64,000 nucleotides of DNA from Acidobacteriota bacterium (GTDB taxonomy: Bacteria; Acidobacteriota; CAIWXX01), in assembly GCA_040755995.1 (NCBI GenBank), contig JBFMAF010000037.1, positions 1 to 64,000 of the forward strand, read 5' to 3'. This document shows, piece by piece, positions 27,634 to 39,694 of this stretch. A program made the translations under genes and the position numbers. The notes beneath the pieces are model-generated. The model saw only the letters and a list, made by a program, of their open reading frames with translations, searched no databases and was not told the DNA's origin. Position 1 is the stretch's first letter; each line of letters begins with the position of its first letter.

Positions 27634-29139
27634 CTATCTGCCGATGCGGCGCATCTCGCGCCCCAGCAGCACCCGGTCCAGATGCGGCTCCCATTCGATA
27701 TCCTCCCTGATGCCATAAAGGTCGTAGGCGACGAACAGAGGCACCAGGTACAGGTCCTGCATGATGAGCTTCATGCCTTTCTGCAACAGGCCGCGCCGGG
27801 TCAGCATGTCGCGGGTGATGGCGCAGTCCTCGGCGATGCGATCCAGCTCCGGGCTGGCATATCCGTTGAAGTTGGTCATGCCGTACCCGCGGGCGGGGTC
27901 GCGCGAGTGAACGAAGGAATCCAGGATGTCGCTGGCGTCCGCAGTCGGCGCGGCAACGCCGCCGTAGTAGAAATCGATGCTCTGAGACTTCAAGCGCTCG
28001 AACACATCCGACCACGGCATGCTCTCCAGCGTGACCTTGAGCCCGATCTCGCTCAGCTGTTTCGCGATCTCCTCGCCGCTCCGCCCTGTCCGGAACACCA
28101 GCGTCACGGCGAAGCCGTCAGGAAAGCCGGCTTCGGCCAGCAGGCGGCGGGCCGTCTGGACGTCGCGCCGGGGGACGGTCAGCGTCGGGTCGTATCCGAA
28201 GACGCCTGACGCGATGAGCTGCGTGGCCGGGAGCCCGTAGCCGTGGAGCATTCGCTCGACGAGCAATTGCCGGTCCAGTCCCAGGTGGATCGCCTCTCTC
28301 ACCCTTCGATCTGCGAAGCGTGGATCGCCGACGCGCATGTGAAAGTATTCGACAACCGTGGACGGCCGTGTGGTCACGCGGCAGCCGGGGGCCGCCTGGA
28401 CGTGCCGGACCTGCGAAGGGAGGATGTCCTGCACAATATCGACCTTCCCGTCGACAAGGTTGCGTGCGCGTTCCTGCGGATCGCGGATCGGCAGGAACTC
28501 CAGCGGCAATTCGGCGCGGTGCTGGTGCCAGTCGTTCAGAGCCGGCTCGAGTTTCAGCGACTCTCCGCGGGTGAACGAGACGAAGCGATAGGAGCCGCTG
28601 CCGATGGGGACGGTGATCTGGTCCGGCGAGTTGCGCGGCACGATATAGAGGTATGCCAGTTTGTTGAGCATTCCGCCAAAAGGGCGGCGGGTGCGTATGT
28701 CCACGGTGTGGGTGTCCAGCGCGCGCACTGAGTCGACCTCCACCAGAAACCCGGCGGTGTTGCTCCGAGCACCGCGCCTCACGCGCTCCAACGTGAACAC
28801 CACGTCCTCGGCCTCGACCGGCCGGCCGTTGTGGAACCGTGCGTCAGTGCGCAGGTACAGGCGCCAGGTGAGCTCATCTGGGTTCTCCCATCTAAGCGCG
28901 AGTCCGGGCACGACTCGCAGGTCCGAGTCGAAGGTGGTGAGTCCGTCGTAGAGGTTGGCCAGGATGGAGAAGGTGAGGATCTCGTTCTGATAGTGTGGAT
29001 CCAGGCTGATCGGATCGCTGTGGACGGCCACGCGGACCGGATGTACCGGCGACGCATCACGATTGCAGCCGGCACAGCCAAGGCAGAGCGCGACGCCGGT
29101 CGAGACAAGGAGCCGGTCCACACGCCCCAATTGGTTCAC
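27634..29139 (-). CDS. Family 5 ABC substrate-binding lipoprotein (no permease adjacent)
   Basis: Lipobox-like CAGC; SLDPH, LYDGL, PGLA..W, PIGSG.Y and D.RVREAI. Confidence 0.88.
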   Translation of the reverse strand: MNQLGRVDRLLVSTGVALCLGCAGCNRDASPVHPVRVAVHSDPISLDPHYQNEILTFSILANLYDGLTTFDSDLRVVPGLALRWENPDELTWRLYLRTDARFHNGRPVEAEDVVFTLERVRRGARSNTAGFLVEVDSVRALDTHTVDIRTRRPFGGMLNKLAYLYIVPRNSPDQITVPIGSGSYRFVSFTRGESLKLEPALNDWHQHRAELPLEFLPIRDPQERARNLVDGKVDIVQDILPSQVRHVQAAPGCRVTTRPSTVVEYFHMRVGDPRFADRRVREAIHLGLDRQLLVERMLHGYGLPATQLIASGVFGYDPTLTVPRRDVQTARRLLAEAGFPDGFAVTLVFRTGRSGEEIAKQLSEIGLKVTLESMPWSDVFERLKSQSIDFYYGGVAAPTADASDILDSFVHSRDPARGYGMTNFNGYASPELDRIAEDCAITRDMLTRRGLLQKGMKLIMQDLYLVPLFVAYDLYGIREDIEWEPHLDRVLLGREMRRIGR

Positions 29140-29572
29140 CTCAGCACGTGAGCCGTTGCTGCCGGACTCGACGCCCCGCCGGCCCGGCGGTGTTGCCGCG
29201 AAACGATCGGCACGCCCTCCGAATGATGTTCTCTACTGGAATTGATTACCCGGCACCCACAATTCTACCACCGGCGGCAGCCGGAAATCCATCGAAGCAT
29301 CCTCTCCTCCTCCATGGACCAGCGGCATCGTCTTTGCAGCCAACTGGGTTAGGAGTCTGTCAATCGCAGTAACGCTGTCCCTGATAGCCGCGGGATCCGG
29401 GATCCTCTCCCTGTCTTACAACGTCCCGTACGGACCATTTCGCATTTTGCACTTTGGCTTTTGCATTCCTCATTGGGCTCCGGCCCTTTGTTTGTCGCAG
29501 ACACTCTGGTACCATCATGTCCGTGCGGTCAGCAGCTGATCTCGCGAGAGGCCGGACACCGGCGAAGTCGCC

Positions 29573-30409
29573 ATGAATGAAATCGTCTGGAAGGCGGCGA
29601 GGGTGGTCATGGAGGCCGAGGCGTTGGTCGTGTCCGCGGGCGCCGGCATGGGGGTGGATTCGGGGTTGCCCGATTTTCGAGGCGACCAGGGATTCTGGAA
29701 GGCCTACCCGCCCTTTGCGAGGCTGGGACTGAGCTTCGTCGACATGGCCAATCCATACTGGTTCGCGAACGACCCGACGCTGGCATGGGGTTTTTACGGT
29801 CACCGTCTCAACCTCTATCGCGAGACCCATCCACACGATGGGTTCGGCATACTGCTCCGCTGGGCACGCAGCAAGCCCGGTGGATGCTTCGTCTTCACTT
29901 CGAACGTGGACGGCCAGTTCCAGACGGCCGGTTTCGATGAGGACGCCGTCGTGGAGTGCCACGGGTCGATTCACTACCTGCAATGCGCCGGGCCGTGCGG
30001 GCGGCACATATGGGCGGCCGGCGGCGTGAGGGTTGAGGTCGACGAAAGCACCATGCGCGCGGCCGCACCGCTGCCGGGGTGCAACCGGTGCGGCGGCCTT
30101 GCGCGCCCCAACGTGCTGATGTTCGGCGACTGGAGCTGGCTGCCTGCACGGACCTCTGAGCAGGAGAGACGTTTTCAGGAATGGTTGATCGAGAACCGCA
30201 GCCGGCCCACGGCCGTTATTGAATGCGGGGCCGGCCGCGCCGTGCCGACTGTGCGCGCGACATCCGAGCGAATCGCAGCCGGTCAGGACGCGGTGCTGGT
30301 CCGTATCAACGTCCGTGAACCGGAGGTCCCGCGAGGCCACATAGGCATCGCGCACGGCGCGCTCGACACGTTGCGCCGGATCGACGAGTGCATGCGAGCG
30401 GGAGGTTGA
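29573..30409 (+). CDS. Sir2 family NAD-dependent deacylase
   Basis: AGAGMGVDSGLPDFRG, TSNVDG, ECHGS, Zn cysteines and RPNVLMFGD. Confidence 0.92.
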   Translation: MNEIVWKAARVVMEAEALVVSAGAGMGVDSGLPDFRGDQGFWKAYPPFARLGLSFVDMANPYWFANDPTLAWGFYGHRLNLYRETHPHDGFGILLRWARSKPGGCFVFTSNVDGQFQTAGFDEDAVVECHGSIHYLQCAGPCGRHIWAAGGVRVEVDESTMRAAAPLPGCNRCGGLARPNVLMFGDWSWLPARTSEQERRFQEWLIENRSRPTAVIECGAGRAVPTVRATSERIAAGQDAVLVRINVREPEVPRGHIGIAHGALDTLRRIDECMRAGG

Positions 30410-30432
30410 AGAAAACTCGGCCAGGAGGTCAT

Positions 30433-31617
30433 ATGCTCATTCGGGAGAAGGTCAGACAGGCCGCGGAGCTGCTCCGCGAATTCAACGTCGACTGCTGGCT
30501 CACGTTCACACGTGAAAGCGAGATCAACGGCGATCCCGTCCTGCCGTTCCTTGCGCCGGGTGATGTGACCTGGCACTCGGCATTCATCATCAGCAAGGAT
30601 GGCAAGGCGCATGCAATAGTGGGGAAGTATGACCGGCAGGCGATCGCCGAGACCGGTGCCTACGACGACGTCGTCGCATTCGTTACCGGATTCAAGGAGC
30701 CGCTGCAGGAATACATGAAAAAGCTCGCCCCTGCACAGATCGCCGTCAACTACTCCACGGGCAGCGAGATCTGCGACGGGCTCACCCACGGCATGTATCT
30801 CACGCTCCACGAGCTCCTCGGCGAGATCGGGCTGGCGAACAGGCTGGTGTCGGCCGAGCGGATCATCTCGGCGCTGCGCGAACGCAAGACGCCGGCTGAG
30901 ATCGCGAGCATCAAGGAGGCCATCCGGCAGACCGAGGAGATCTTCGATCTGGTCCACGCGTTCATTGCGCCGGGGAAGACCGAGAGGGAGATCGCCGAGT
31001 TCATGCTGGCCGAGGTCGAGCGCCGGAAGCTGGGGCTCGCCTGGGGGCGGTCCACCTGCCCCGCCGTCTTCACGGGACCCGAGACGGCGGAAGCGCACTA
31101 CGGGCCGACGGGACGGCCGGTCGAACGCGGGCACGTGATGAACATGGACTTCGGCGTGAAGGTGGACGGGTACTGCTCGGACCTGCAGCGCACCTTCTAC
31201 GTGCTGGCGGAGGGCGAGGTGACTGCGCCGGCCGAGGTGCAGAGAGGGTTCGAAACGATTGTCCGCAGCATTCTCGAGTCCAAGCGGGCGATGCGACCCG
31301 GTGTCCAGGCCATCGAGATTGACACGATCGCTCGCAAGATCATCACGGGCGCCGGATACGACGAGTTCCCGCACGCCCTCGGTCACCAGGTCGGCCGGTT
31401 CCCGCACGACGGGACGGCGCTGCTGGGGCCAGCATGGGAGAAGTACGCCCACAAGCCGTTCCAGCGCCTCGAAGCCGGCATGGTCTTCACGATCGAGCCG
31501 CGCTTGACCATCGAAGGCAGGGGCATTGCGACGATCGAGGAGATGGTCGTCGTTACTGAGTACGGCGCGGACTGGCTGTCGACGCCGCAAGAGCAGCTGC
31601 GGCTGATCCGCAGCTGA
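30433..31617 (+). CDS. M24 (Xaa-Pro) aminopeptidase family
   Basis: DFGVKVDGYCSDLQRT, HALGHQVG..HD, FTIEP and IEEMVVV. Confidence 0.93.
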   Translation: MLIREKVRQAAELLREFNVDCWLTFTRESEINGDPVLPFLAPGDVTWHSAFIISKDGKAHAIVGKYDRQAIAETGAYDDVVAFVTGFKEPLQEYMKKLAPAQIAVNYSTGSEICDGLTHGMYLTLHELLGEIGLANRLVSAERIISALRERKTPAEIASIKEAIRQTEEIFDLVHAFIAPGKTEREIAEFMLAEVERRKLGLAWGRSTCPAVFTGPETAEAHYGPTGRPVERGHVMNMDFGVKVDGYCSDLQRTFYVLAEGEVTAPAEVQRGFETIVRSILESKRAMRPGVQAIEIDTIARKIITGAGYDEFPHALGHQVGRFPHDGTALLGPAWEKYAHKPFQRLEAGMVFTIEPRLTIEGRGIATIEEMVVVTEYGADWLSTPQEQLRLIRS

Positions 31618-31647
31618 GCCGCCGCCGAGGATTCGACCGCAACCGGG

Positions 31648-32607
31648 CTACTTCGCCCCGGGAACGATCGTGATCTCTACGCGCCGGTTCTTCTCGCGGC
31701 CTTCGCGAGTTTCGTTCGAAGCGACGGGACGCGTCTCGCCGTATCCGCGGCACTCGAACACGAACCCGCTCAGCGCCTCCATCTGTTCCATGTAAGCGCG
31801 GACGGCCTCGGCTCGCGCACGCGAGAGCTGCAGGTTGTATGCGCTGTCCCCGATATTGTCGGTATGCCCCTCGATGATCACGCGCGCCCCCGGGAAGCCG
31901 GTCATCGTCGCGGCGGCGCCTTCGATCTCCTTCCTGGCCTCGGGTTTCAGCACCGATTCATTCGAGGCGAAGAGAACCGAGCTCTTCATCGAGATCTGGA
32001 TGGCAGATCCCGGCGTTCCGACTGCATCGATATCGGCGCCCGGCCGTGGTCCGGTGCAATCGTTGCGCGTGTCCTCGAGTTTGACGAAGCGGTAGACCTC
32101 GCCCGGCGCGATCTTGGATGCCAGGTCGATTCCAAAGGTTCCGCCGGAGGCCACCCCGACTGGAATCCAGGTCTTGCCGTCGATCGAGACAGAGACGGAA
32201 GTCGGGTCCAGAGACGGTCCTACCTCGAACACATAGAGATCAGGTCCGTCCACATCCACGACAGCGTTGTCCGTGAATTTCAGCACGAGCCGCCCTCCGC
32301 ACCCGAGCGCAACCGAGGCGAAGCTGTTGTCGGGCGTGCAATCCGGTGCATGCAACGCTTGCTCGGGCTGGGCGCCATCCGCCGCGGGCACGGGGCTGCC
32401 CGGTTCGTACAGGACGACCTGGTCGGCGAACGACAGGTCACCCGATGGGAAGTAGACCCCCTTCTGGTGATAGTCCACGTACGTCTTCCCCTCTGCGACA
32501 CACATCTCATCTTGTCGCAGCAGCAGTATGAGCAGCGCGACGATCCAGCAGATCGGGCCCCGAGGCCCGCGGCGTAAGAGCCAACCAGGATGTTTCGAGT
32601 GCAGCAT
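31648..32607 (-). CDS. OmpA-family peptidoglycan-binding protein with N-terminal surface domain
   Basis: IEGHTDNIG...NLQLSRARAEAV...GYGETRPV...NRRVEI; start uncertain. Confidence 0.85.
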   Translation of the reverse strand: MLHSKHPGWLLRRGPRGPICWIVALLILLLRQDEMCVAEGKTYVDYHQKGVYFPSGDLSFADQVVLYEPGSPVPAADGAQPEQALHAPDCTPDNSFASVALGCGGRLVLKFTDNAVVDVDGPDLYVFEVGPSLDPTSVSVSIDGKTWIPVGVASGGTFGIDLASKIAPGEVYRFVKLEDTRNDCTGPRPGADIDAVGTPGSAIQISMKSSVLFASNESVLKPEARKEIEGAAATMTGFPGARVIIEGHTDNIGDSAYNLQLSRARAEAVRAYMEQMEALSGFVFECRGYGETRPVASNETREGREKNRRVEITIVPGAK

Positions 32608-32770
32608 GGCCACAATGTTAGGACGCATGTTGGCGAAGTGCAAGCAGATTCCAAGTCCGTAAGGACGACCGATTGACATCCAGAAGCCCGCTCGATATAA
32701 TCCTACTCTGGGAGCAGGAATTTCTGAAGGCAGTCGAATGAGTTGCCGTTCGACAAGGTTGAGGAGGTAG

Positions 32771-34638
<1,868 letters not shown>

Positions 34639-34694
34639 TCACCCCACGAGGTCTTGCATTAAATAAGAGCCGCTGAAATCAGCGGATTGAATTT

Positions 34695-34769
<75 letters not shown>

Positions 34770-34792
34770 GCAGCGCCGACAAAGGCGCACGG

Positions 34793-34821
34793 AATATAGC
34801 AAATACCCCGAACGCTGTCAA
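34793..34821 (-). promoter_or_regulatory. Sigma70 promoter of tRNA-Asn
   Basis: TTGACA-N17-TATATT. Confidence 0.75.
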
Positions 34822-34831
34822 AATCGCACGA

Positions 34832-35044
34832 TCATCTGGTGGATGTCCGTACCCTGTTCTTGGCCTCACCCAGTGCGATGAACTCGCCCTTCCCCTCGAT
34901 GACCCTCTTCGTCCTCTCCGCCAGGACTACCTCGTGCCATTGGGGGGAAGGCACATTGCTCGGGTCGCGGCACAAATCATCCCAGAGGCGCTCCATCGCG
35001 GAAAGTTCTTCAGAGATCGTCATCTTCTCCAGTACTAGTTCCAT
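34832..35044 (-). CDS. Addiction-module antitoxin-like protein (orphan)
   Basis: MTISEELSAMERLWDDL....PSPQWH..VLAER pattern; no RelE/ParE gene follows. Confidence 0.8.
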   Translation of the reverse strand: MELVLEKMTISEELSAMERLWDDLCRDPSNVPSPQWHEVVLAERTKRVIEGKGEFIALGEAKNRVRTSTR

Positions 35045-35210
35045 TGTGCAATCCCTCTGTGGTACACGGCCACACCTTTCATGTATTTTACAGACGATCG
35101 TGTTACAAATCCACGGCGCCTGCGGGCGGGCCTCGCGCGGGCTGGACGCCGCGCGGACGGTGAGGCCTCCGCGTGCTCAATGACGCGAGGCGCCACGACC
35201 TCCACAAGCA

Positions 35211-35247
35211 ACAAGGGACCCCGGGCGTCGCCCGAGGTCCCTTGTTT
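35211..35247. terminator. Intrinsic terminator-like hairpin downstream of the lipase gene
   Basis: ACAAGGGACC-CCGGGCGTCGCCCGA-GGTCCCTTGT. Confidence 0.7.
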
Positions 35248-35276
35248 CCTACTGCCTGTGTGGTCCCTCGACTCGC

Positions 35277-36572
35277 CTAGCGAGTGCGATCCAGGTACTG
35301 CCGTGCTTCCGGTTTCAGGAAGACCTGCTTCAGGTTGTGAACCATGTCGTCGACCCAGGTCCACTCGCCCCAACCGGTCTGGGTCGGGCGCATGCCGAGG
35401 TACGGAGCCAGATTGACGTAGGGAATCGTCTCCCCGAAGTGCTCGTTGATCTTCTCGATCCACTTGTTCGCGACGACTGCGTACCCGATGTCGCTTGGGT
35501 GCACGCCGTCCAGGCTGAACACACCACCGGTTACGAACGCCGTCGTGAGCGTGACGCCACCGACGATGTAGCCCTTGGCCGCGATCTCCTTCAGGTAGGC
35601 ATTCACGTCCACCAAGGGGACCTTGTAGGTAGCAGCCAGCGAGGCGATCGTCGCATTGAAGGCATTCACGTGTGCCCGGATCACGACAACCTCGTCGGGC
35701 GTCAACACAGTCTCATCCGGCAACGGCTGGCCGTTCCCGCCGAGCTGCACCGGGATGCCGTATCCCTGTGCGAGGTAGGAGGAGGCGCTTATTAGCACGT
35801 AGCTGCCCTCGACCATGGGCCCCTGCGGCCCGATCAACGGGACCTTCTGGCCGTTGATGAGCACCGGCTGGCCTGTGACCGGGTTCGTCACGTAGATCGA
35901 GATTGCAGTCGCATACGGAATAGTCGACACGTCCGGGATGTTCGCCACGATCATCCTGGACTTCCACGGACTCAGCACCGCGAACAGCTGGGTCATGACC
36001 TGGTTGAAGACCGGGATCGGCGTCATCGTCACTCCGTCGATCGCGCGGCCGCTGATCACGGCGCCGAGAATGTCATTGTTCCCGACCCACACCGTCATGA
36101 ACGTGGGGTTGAGCACCGACGTCTGCTGGACGACTGTGCCCTGGCCGCGCAGGATGATGTCGAAGAAGGGATTATCCGGATCGGTCACCGTCTGCAGAAT
36201 GTCCAGGCTGATGGCACCGGGAATGCCGAGGTTGTTGTATGGGCGAGGCAGATTGAGATTGATCGGCACACCCATCCCTGGCTTGCGCTCGATAACGAGC
36301 GGAACCAGAGACTTCAGATAGAGGAGCGCCGGGATCCCAGGCTCGGAGATCAGCGGCTGCTGAAAGCCGCTCCCGAGACCGCCGCGCGACGCGATCAGCG
36401 CGGGATAGTCCCGCACCTGTGTCGTCTGAACGAGGCCGCCGCTCAGGTAGCCGGCCGTCAGGCTGTCGCCTATCGAGACGTACCTCGAGAAGTCCACCTT
36501 GCCGCTAGGCTGAGCGGCGACAAGGCTCGCGGAGACGGCCAACAGCGCGAGCGCAAAAAGAGTTCTCTTCAT
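35277..36572 (-). CDS. Secreted SGNH/GDSL hydrolase
   Basis: IGDSLTAG, WVGNNDIL and SLDGVHP. Confidence 0.9.
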   Translation of the reverse strand: MKRTLFALALLAVSASLVAAQPSGKVDFSRYVSIGDSLTAGYLSGGLVQTTQVRDYPALIASRGGLGSGFQQPLISEPGIPALLYLKSLVPLVIERKPGMGVPINLNLPRPYNNLGIPGAISLDILQTVTDPDNPFFDIILRGQGTVVQQTSVLNPTFMTVWVGNNDILGAVISGRAIDGVTMTPIPVFNQVMTQLFAVLSPWKSRMIVANIPDVSTIPYATAISIYVTNPVTGQPVLINGQKVPLIGPQGPMVEGSYVLISASSYLAQGYGIPVQLGGNGQPLPDETVLTPDEVVVIRAHVNAFNATIASLAATYKVPLVDVNAYLKEIAAKGYIVGGVTLTTAFVTGGVFSLDGVHPSDIGYAVVANKWIEKINEHFGETIPYVNLAPYLGMRPTQTGWGEWTWVDDMVHNLKQVFLKPEARQYLDRTR

Positions 36573-36588
36573 GATTCTCACCCTCCTG

Positions 36589-37884
36589 CTAGAACTGGTA
36601 GCTCAAGGAGAAAGCCAGCAAGTTCGCGAACGTCTTGTAGGTTCCGTCGTACCCGTCCTTGTTGATGTGCTTGCCGTCCACGTCGTACGTGGAACGATCC
36701 TCGAAGAACAGGAACAGGTTGGCCACATCCAGCGTCCACTTGCCGAGGGTGTAGCCGAAACCCACGTTGAAGCCGTGGCGGTCGGAGTCAGGCAGGAGAG
36801 GTCCGGCGCCGTTGCGCGGCTGTGGAGTCTGATCGTAAATGTACCCGCCGCGCAGCGCCAGCTTCTCGCTCATCTGGCGCTGTAAACCCAGTCTGCAGTT
36901 CACAGCATCCTTGTAATCCTGCGGGATCGTCTGCTTGCTGTTCAGATCGGTGAACTCAATCACGAGGGTGTCGAATTCAGACCAGCTCGTCCAGTTCACA
37001 TCCACTTCGACAGTCCACTTCTCGATCGCAGTGGTCGCGATCCCGAAGCTGGCCTCCTTCGGGAAATTGATCGATGTCTTGACCGCGTGATCCCCCAGCG
37101 GCAGCTTGGTCTTCAACAAGGCGTCCAGGGCGGCGTTGCCGGTCGGGATGAACGTGAATTTCGCCGTGCCTTCGTAGTCGGCCTTCATCGAGTGCCTGTA
37201 CGAAAACCCGACGCTCCAATTCTCGAACGGCTTCGCCAGCACGCCCAGCGCGAACCCGAGGCTGATGGCCATGTCGGATTCCAGGTCGACCTTCGCCACG
37301 TCGAGCACCTTGAGAGTGTACGGGTTCAAGAACGGTTGGTGCTTGTGAAGGGCAACCTTGGAATTGCGCACCTCGAGCCCGACCCCGACACCGAGCTTAT
37401 CGCTCAAGCGGTACGCGACGGTCGGCTGGATAGAGAGTGACTGGATGTCGGCCTTGGTCGAGATAAACCGGCCCGTATACTGGTCCGGATTCTCCCATTC
37501 TGTCCCCAGACCGAACGCCGTGAACGCGCCGATCCCGAAGGTGAGCTTCTCGCCGAACTGGCGAGCGTAGTAAATCCCAGGTGGGTAGAACAGGTTCTTC
37601 TTCCCATCTTCGGTCACACCCTCGCCCGGATACGGGTTGCCGCCTTCGAAGGAGTTGAACGGCATGATGAGCGTCGCGCCCATCATCATCTTGCTGCCCT
37701 TCTGGAACGCCAACCCCGCCGGGTTGTAGAACATGGTGGATGGATCATCTGCCGTGGCGGTGAACGCACCGCTCATGCCTACGGCCTTCGCCCCGGCTTC
37801 AAAGATGCCGAAGCCGGCGCCAAAGGAGATCGCCGGGAGCGCCAACGAAAAGACTGCAACCCACAGTAACTTGCTTGATCGCAT
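36589..37884 (-). CDS. fadL: OmpP1/FadL long-chain fatty acid outer-membrane transporter
   Basis: AGF..E.GA..GMSGA.TA.ADDPS..YNPAG, LPDSDR, C-terminal YQF. Confidence 0.9.
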   Translation of the reverse strand: MRSSKLLWVAVFSLALPAISFGAGFGIFEAGAKAVGMSGAFTATADDPSTMFYNPAGLAFQKGSKMMMGATLIMPFNSFEGGNPYPGEGVTEDGKKNLFYPPGIYYARQFGEKLTFGIGAFTAFGLGTEWENPDQYTGRFISTKADIQSLSIQPTVAYRLSDKLGVGVGLEVRNSKVALHKHQPFLNPYTLKVLDVAKVDLESDMAISLGFALGVLAKPFENWSVGFSYRHSMKADYEGTAKFTFIPTGNAALDALLKTKLPLGDHAVKTSINFPKEASFGIATTAIEKWTVEVDVNWTSWSEFDTLVIEFTDLNSKQTIPQDYKDAVNCRLGLQRQMSEKLALRGGYIYDQTPQPRNGAGPLLPDSDRHGFNVGFGYTLGKWTLDVANLFLFFEDRSTYDVDGKHINKDGYDGTYKTFANLLAFSLSYQF

Positions 37885-37962
37885 CAAGTCCCCTCCTGTC
37901 CGCCGAAAATATTGATGCCCCTTTCTACCGCATCTCGGAATCGCAAGTCAAACACTTTCTCT

Positions 37963-38112
37963 CAGTTGGCGGTTGACAGACGGCAGTTGTCAGCCCACAA
38001 GACCGACGACACCGTCGCCGACAACTGCCAGCGGCGCTGGTGTCTCCGAGCCGCAGATTCGCGGCGCGGGATCAACTGTTACTGACTACCGACAACTGAC
38101 AACTGTCAACTA
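37963..38112. repeat. Heptamer (CAACTGA-type) tracts in inverted arrangement
   Basis: cagttggcggttgacag..cagttgtcag (37963-37993) versus caactgttactgactaccgacaactgacaactgtcaacta (38073-38112). Confidence 0.75.
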
Positions 38113-38613
38113 TACGGCGGGCGGCTCGGCTCCGTAGTTGACCCATTCCTCCTTCGACGGTCCGTACACGCCCGGGACTCGAAGCCCCGCCTGGCGCATC
38201 AACACCGTCATCTGGGCCCGATGGTGGATCTGGTGATTGATGAGTACCAACAGTGTGAAGCCCCGCTTCCACCTCTCGCCGTACATGTCGTCTTCCACCT
38301 GGAGCGTGGAATCCTCCCACTTGGCCTTCACCTGATCAAGCAGTGAGCCCGACGCTTCGGCATATGCCGATCTGATCGCAGCCGCCGTGGACGGGACCGG
38401 CGCATTCGCCGCGGGGCCCGCCAGCGCCAACCCCGCGCGCTCCATCATCTCCGGAATCGAAGTCGTGATGTGCCACGCCATGCGGCCGATCGTCCGGTCG
38501 CCGGGCGAGACCGCCTGCGAAAGCGAGGCGTCGGTCAGCGCATCCAGGATCTTGAGCGTCCCCTCCCGCTCGTGTCCCCAGTACTTCTCGAACTCTACGA
38601 TGCTTCGAATCAT
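38110..38613 (-). CDS. DinB/YfiT family protein
   Basis: RTIGRMAWHI and HQIHHRAQMTVLMRQAGL.VPG.YGP. Confidence 0.9.
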   Translation of the reverse strand: MIRSIVEFEKYWGHEREGTLKILDALTDASLSQAVSPGDRTIGRMAWHITTSIPEMMERAGLALAGPAANAPVPSTAAAIRSAYAEASGSLLDQVKAKWEDSTLQVEDDMYGERWKRGFTLLVLINHQIHHRAQMTVLMRQAGLRVPGVYGPSKEEWVNYGAEPPAV

Positions 38614-38770
38614 CGGAAACCTCCTTGCTCGTTTCGGTTCGTGACGCGATTCTACCACACCGTCATGGGACGATTTCAGATTCTCCGGAGCGGAGACGAT
38701 ACACGAGGTCCCCCCGATTCCGCGGCAATCGCGGAGGCGCTGAATTCGCAGTCCGGATCGGGGATGCGAA

Positions 38771-39610
38771 TCAGGCCGGGCCGGAAGAGCCCGGCGGCAA
38801 CGGCCTGCCCAGCAGCTTCATTACCTGCTGCAGGTCCTGCCAGACTTCTCTCTTCTTCGCCGGCGAGCGGATGAGGTACGCGGGATGGTAAGTAGGCATG
38901 AGAGGAATTCCGCGGAAATCACGGAACTTACCTCGAAGCGCGCTGATCGGGACCTGCAAACCGGTCAGGGCCTGGGCCGCAAAGCCCCCCAGGGCCACGA
39001 TCGCCCGCGGCCGGATGCGGTCGAGCTGCCCCTCGAGAAACGGACGGCAGGCCGCGATCTCGTCCGGTTCCGGGTTTCGATTGTCAGGAGGCCTGCACTT
39101 CACCACGTTCGCTATGTAGACCTCCTCGCGCGAGTAACCCATCGCCGCGATCATTCTCGTGAGAAGCTCGCCCGCCCGCCCCACGAACGGCACCCCCTCG
39201 AGGTCCTCCGTCTCGCCCGGCGCCTCCCCCACGAACACCAGCTCGGCATTCTCCGGTCCCGCGCCGAAGACGATGTTGTGCCTGCCCGCGTGCAACTTGC
39301 AGCGGCGGCAGTCGCCGAGATCAGCGCGGATCTGCGCGAGGCTCTCCGGCGCGCATGGCGCACCGGCCGGCGGCTCTGCCGGAGCAGGTTGCGCGGATGA
39401 GCCGCTCGCCGTCACGCCGGCATCGAAGGAACGCACCGCCGTCCCGCAGGCCGCCGGCACCGCGGGCCGCGGTCGAGCGACAACCGCCCGTCGCGCCGTC
39501 GGCGGCTCCGGACGCGCAGCAGGTGCAGTCAACCGCACAGAGAGATCGGTCACACCGATGTCGCGGAAGAAGAGCAGCCAGTCCCGAACGGCCTCAATGT
39601 GATCGGGCAT
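38771..39610 (-). CDS. Uracil-DNA glycosylase family 4
   Basis: CRRCKL, VGEAPG, NVVKCRPPDNR and TYHPAYL. Confidence 0.95.
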   Translation of the reverse strand: MPDHIEAVRDWLLFFRDIGVTDLSVRLTAPAARPEPPTARRAVVARPRPAVPAACGTAVRSFDAGVTASGSSAQPAPAEPPAGAPCAPESLAQIRADLGDCRRCKLHAGRHNIVFGAGPENAELVFVGEAPGETEDLEGVPFVGRAGELLTRMIAAMGYSREEVYIANVVKCRPPDNRNPEPDEIAACRPFLEGQLDRIRPRAIVALGGFAAQALTGLQVPISALRGKFRDFRGIPLMPTYHPAYLIRSPAKKREVWQDLQQVMKLLGRPLPPGSSGPA

Positions 39611-39694
39611 GGCCCGCCATCCTGATCGCGACCTTCACCGCGTCTCCGCGTCCCCGCGTCTGCTCCATGGAGGTGCACGCGTGACTACCGGCCC

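Noticed and set aside
35114..35124. CGGCGCCTGCG matching the 3' half of the cas6 hairpin unit
   Set aside because: An 11-nt GC-rich match without the rest of the unit is weak evidence in this composition
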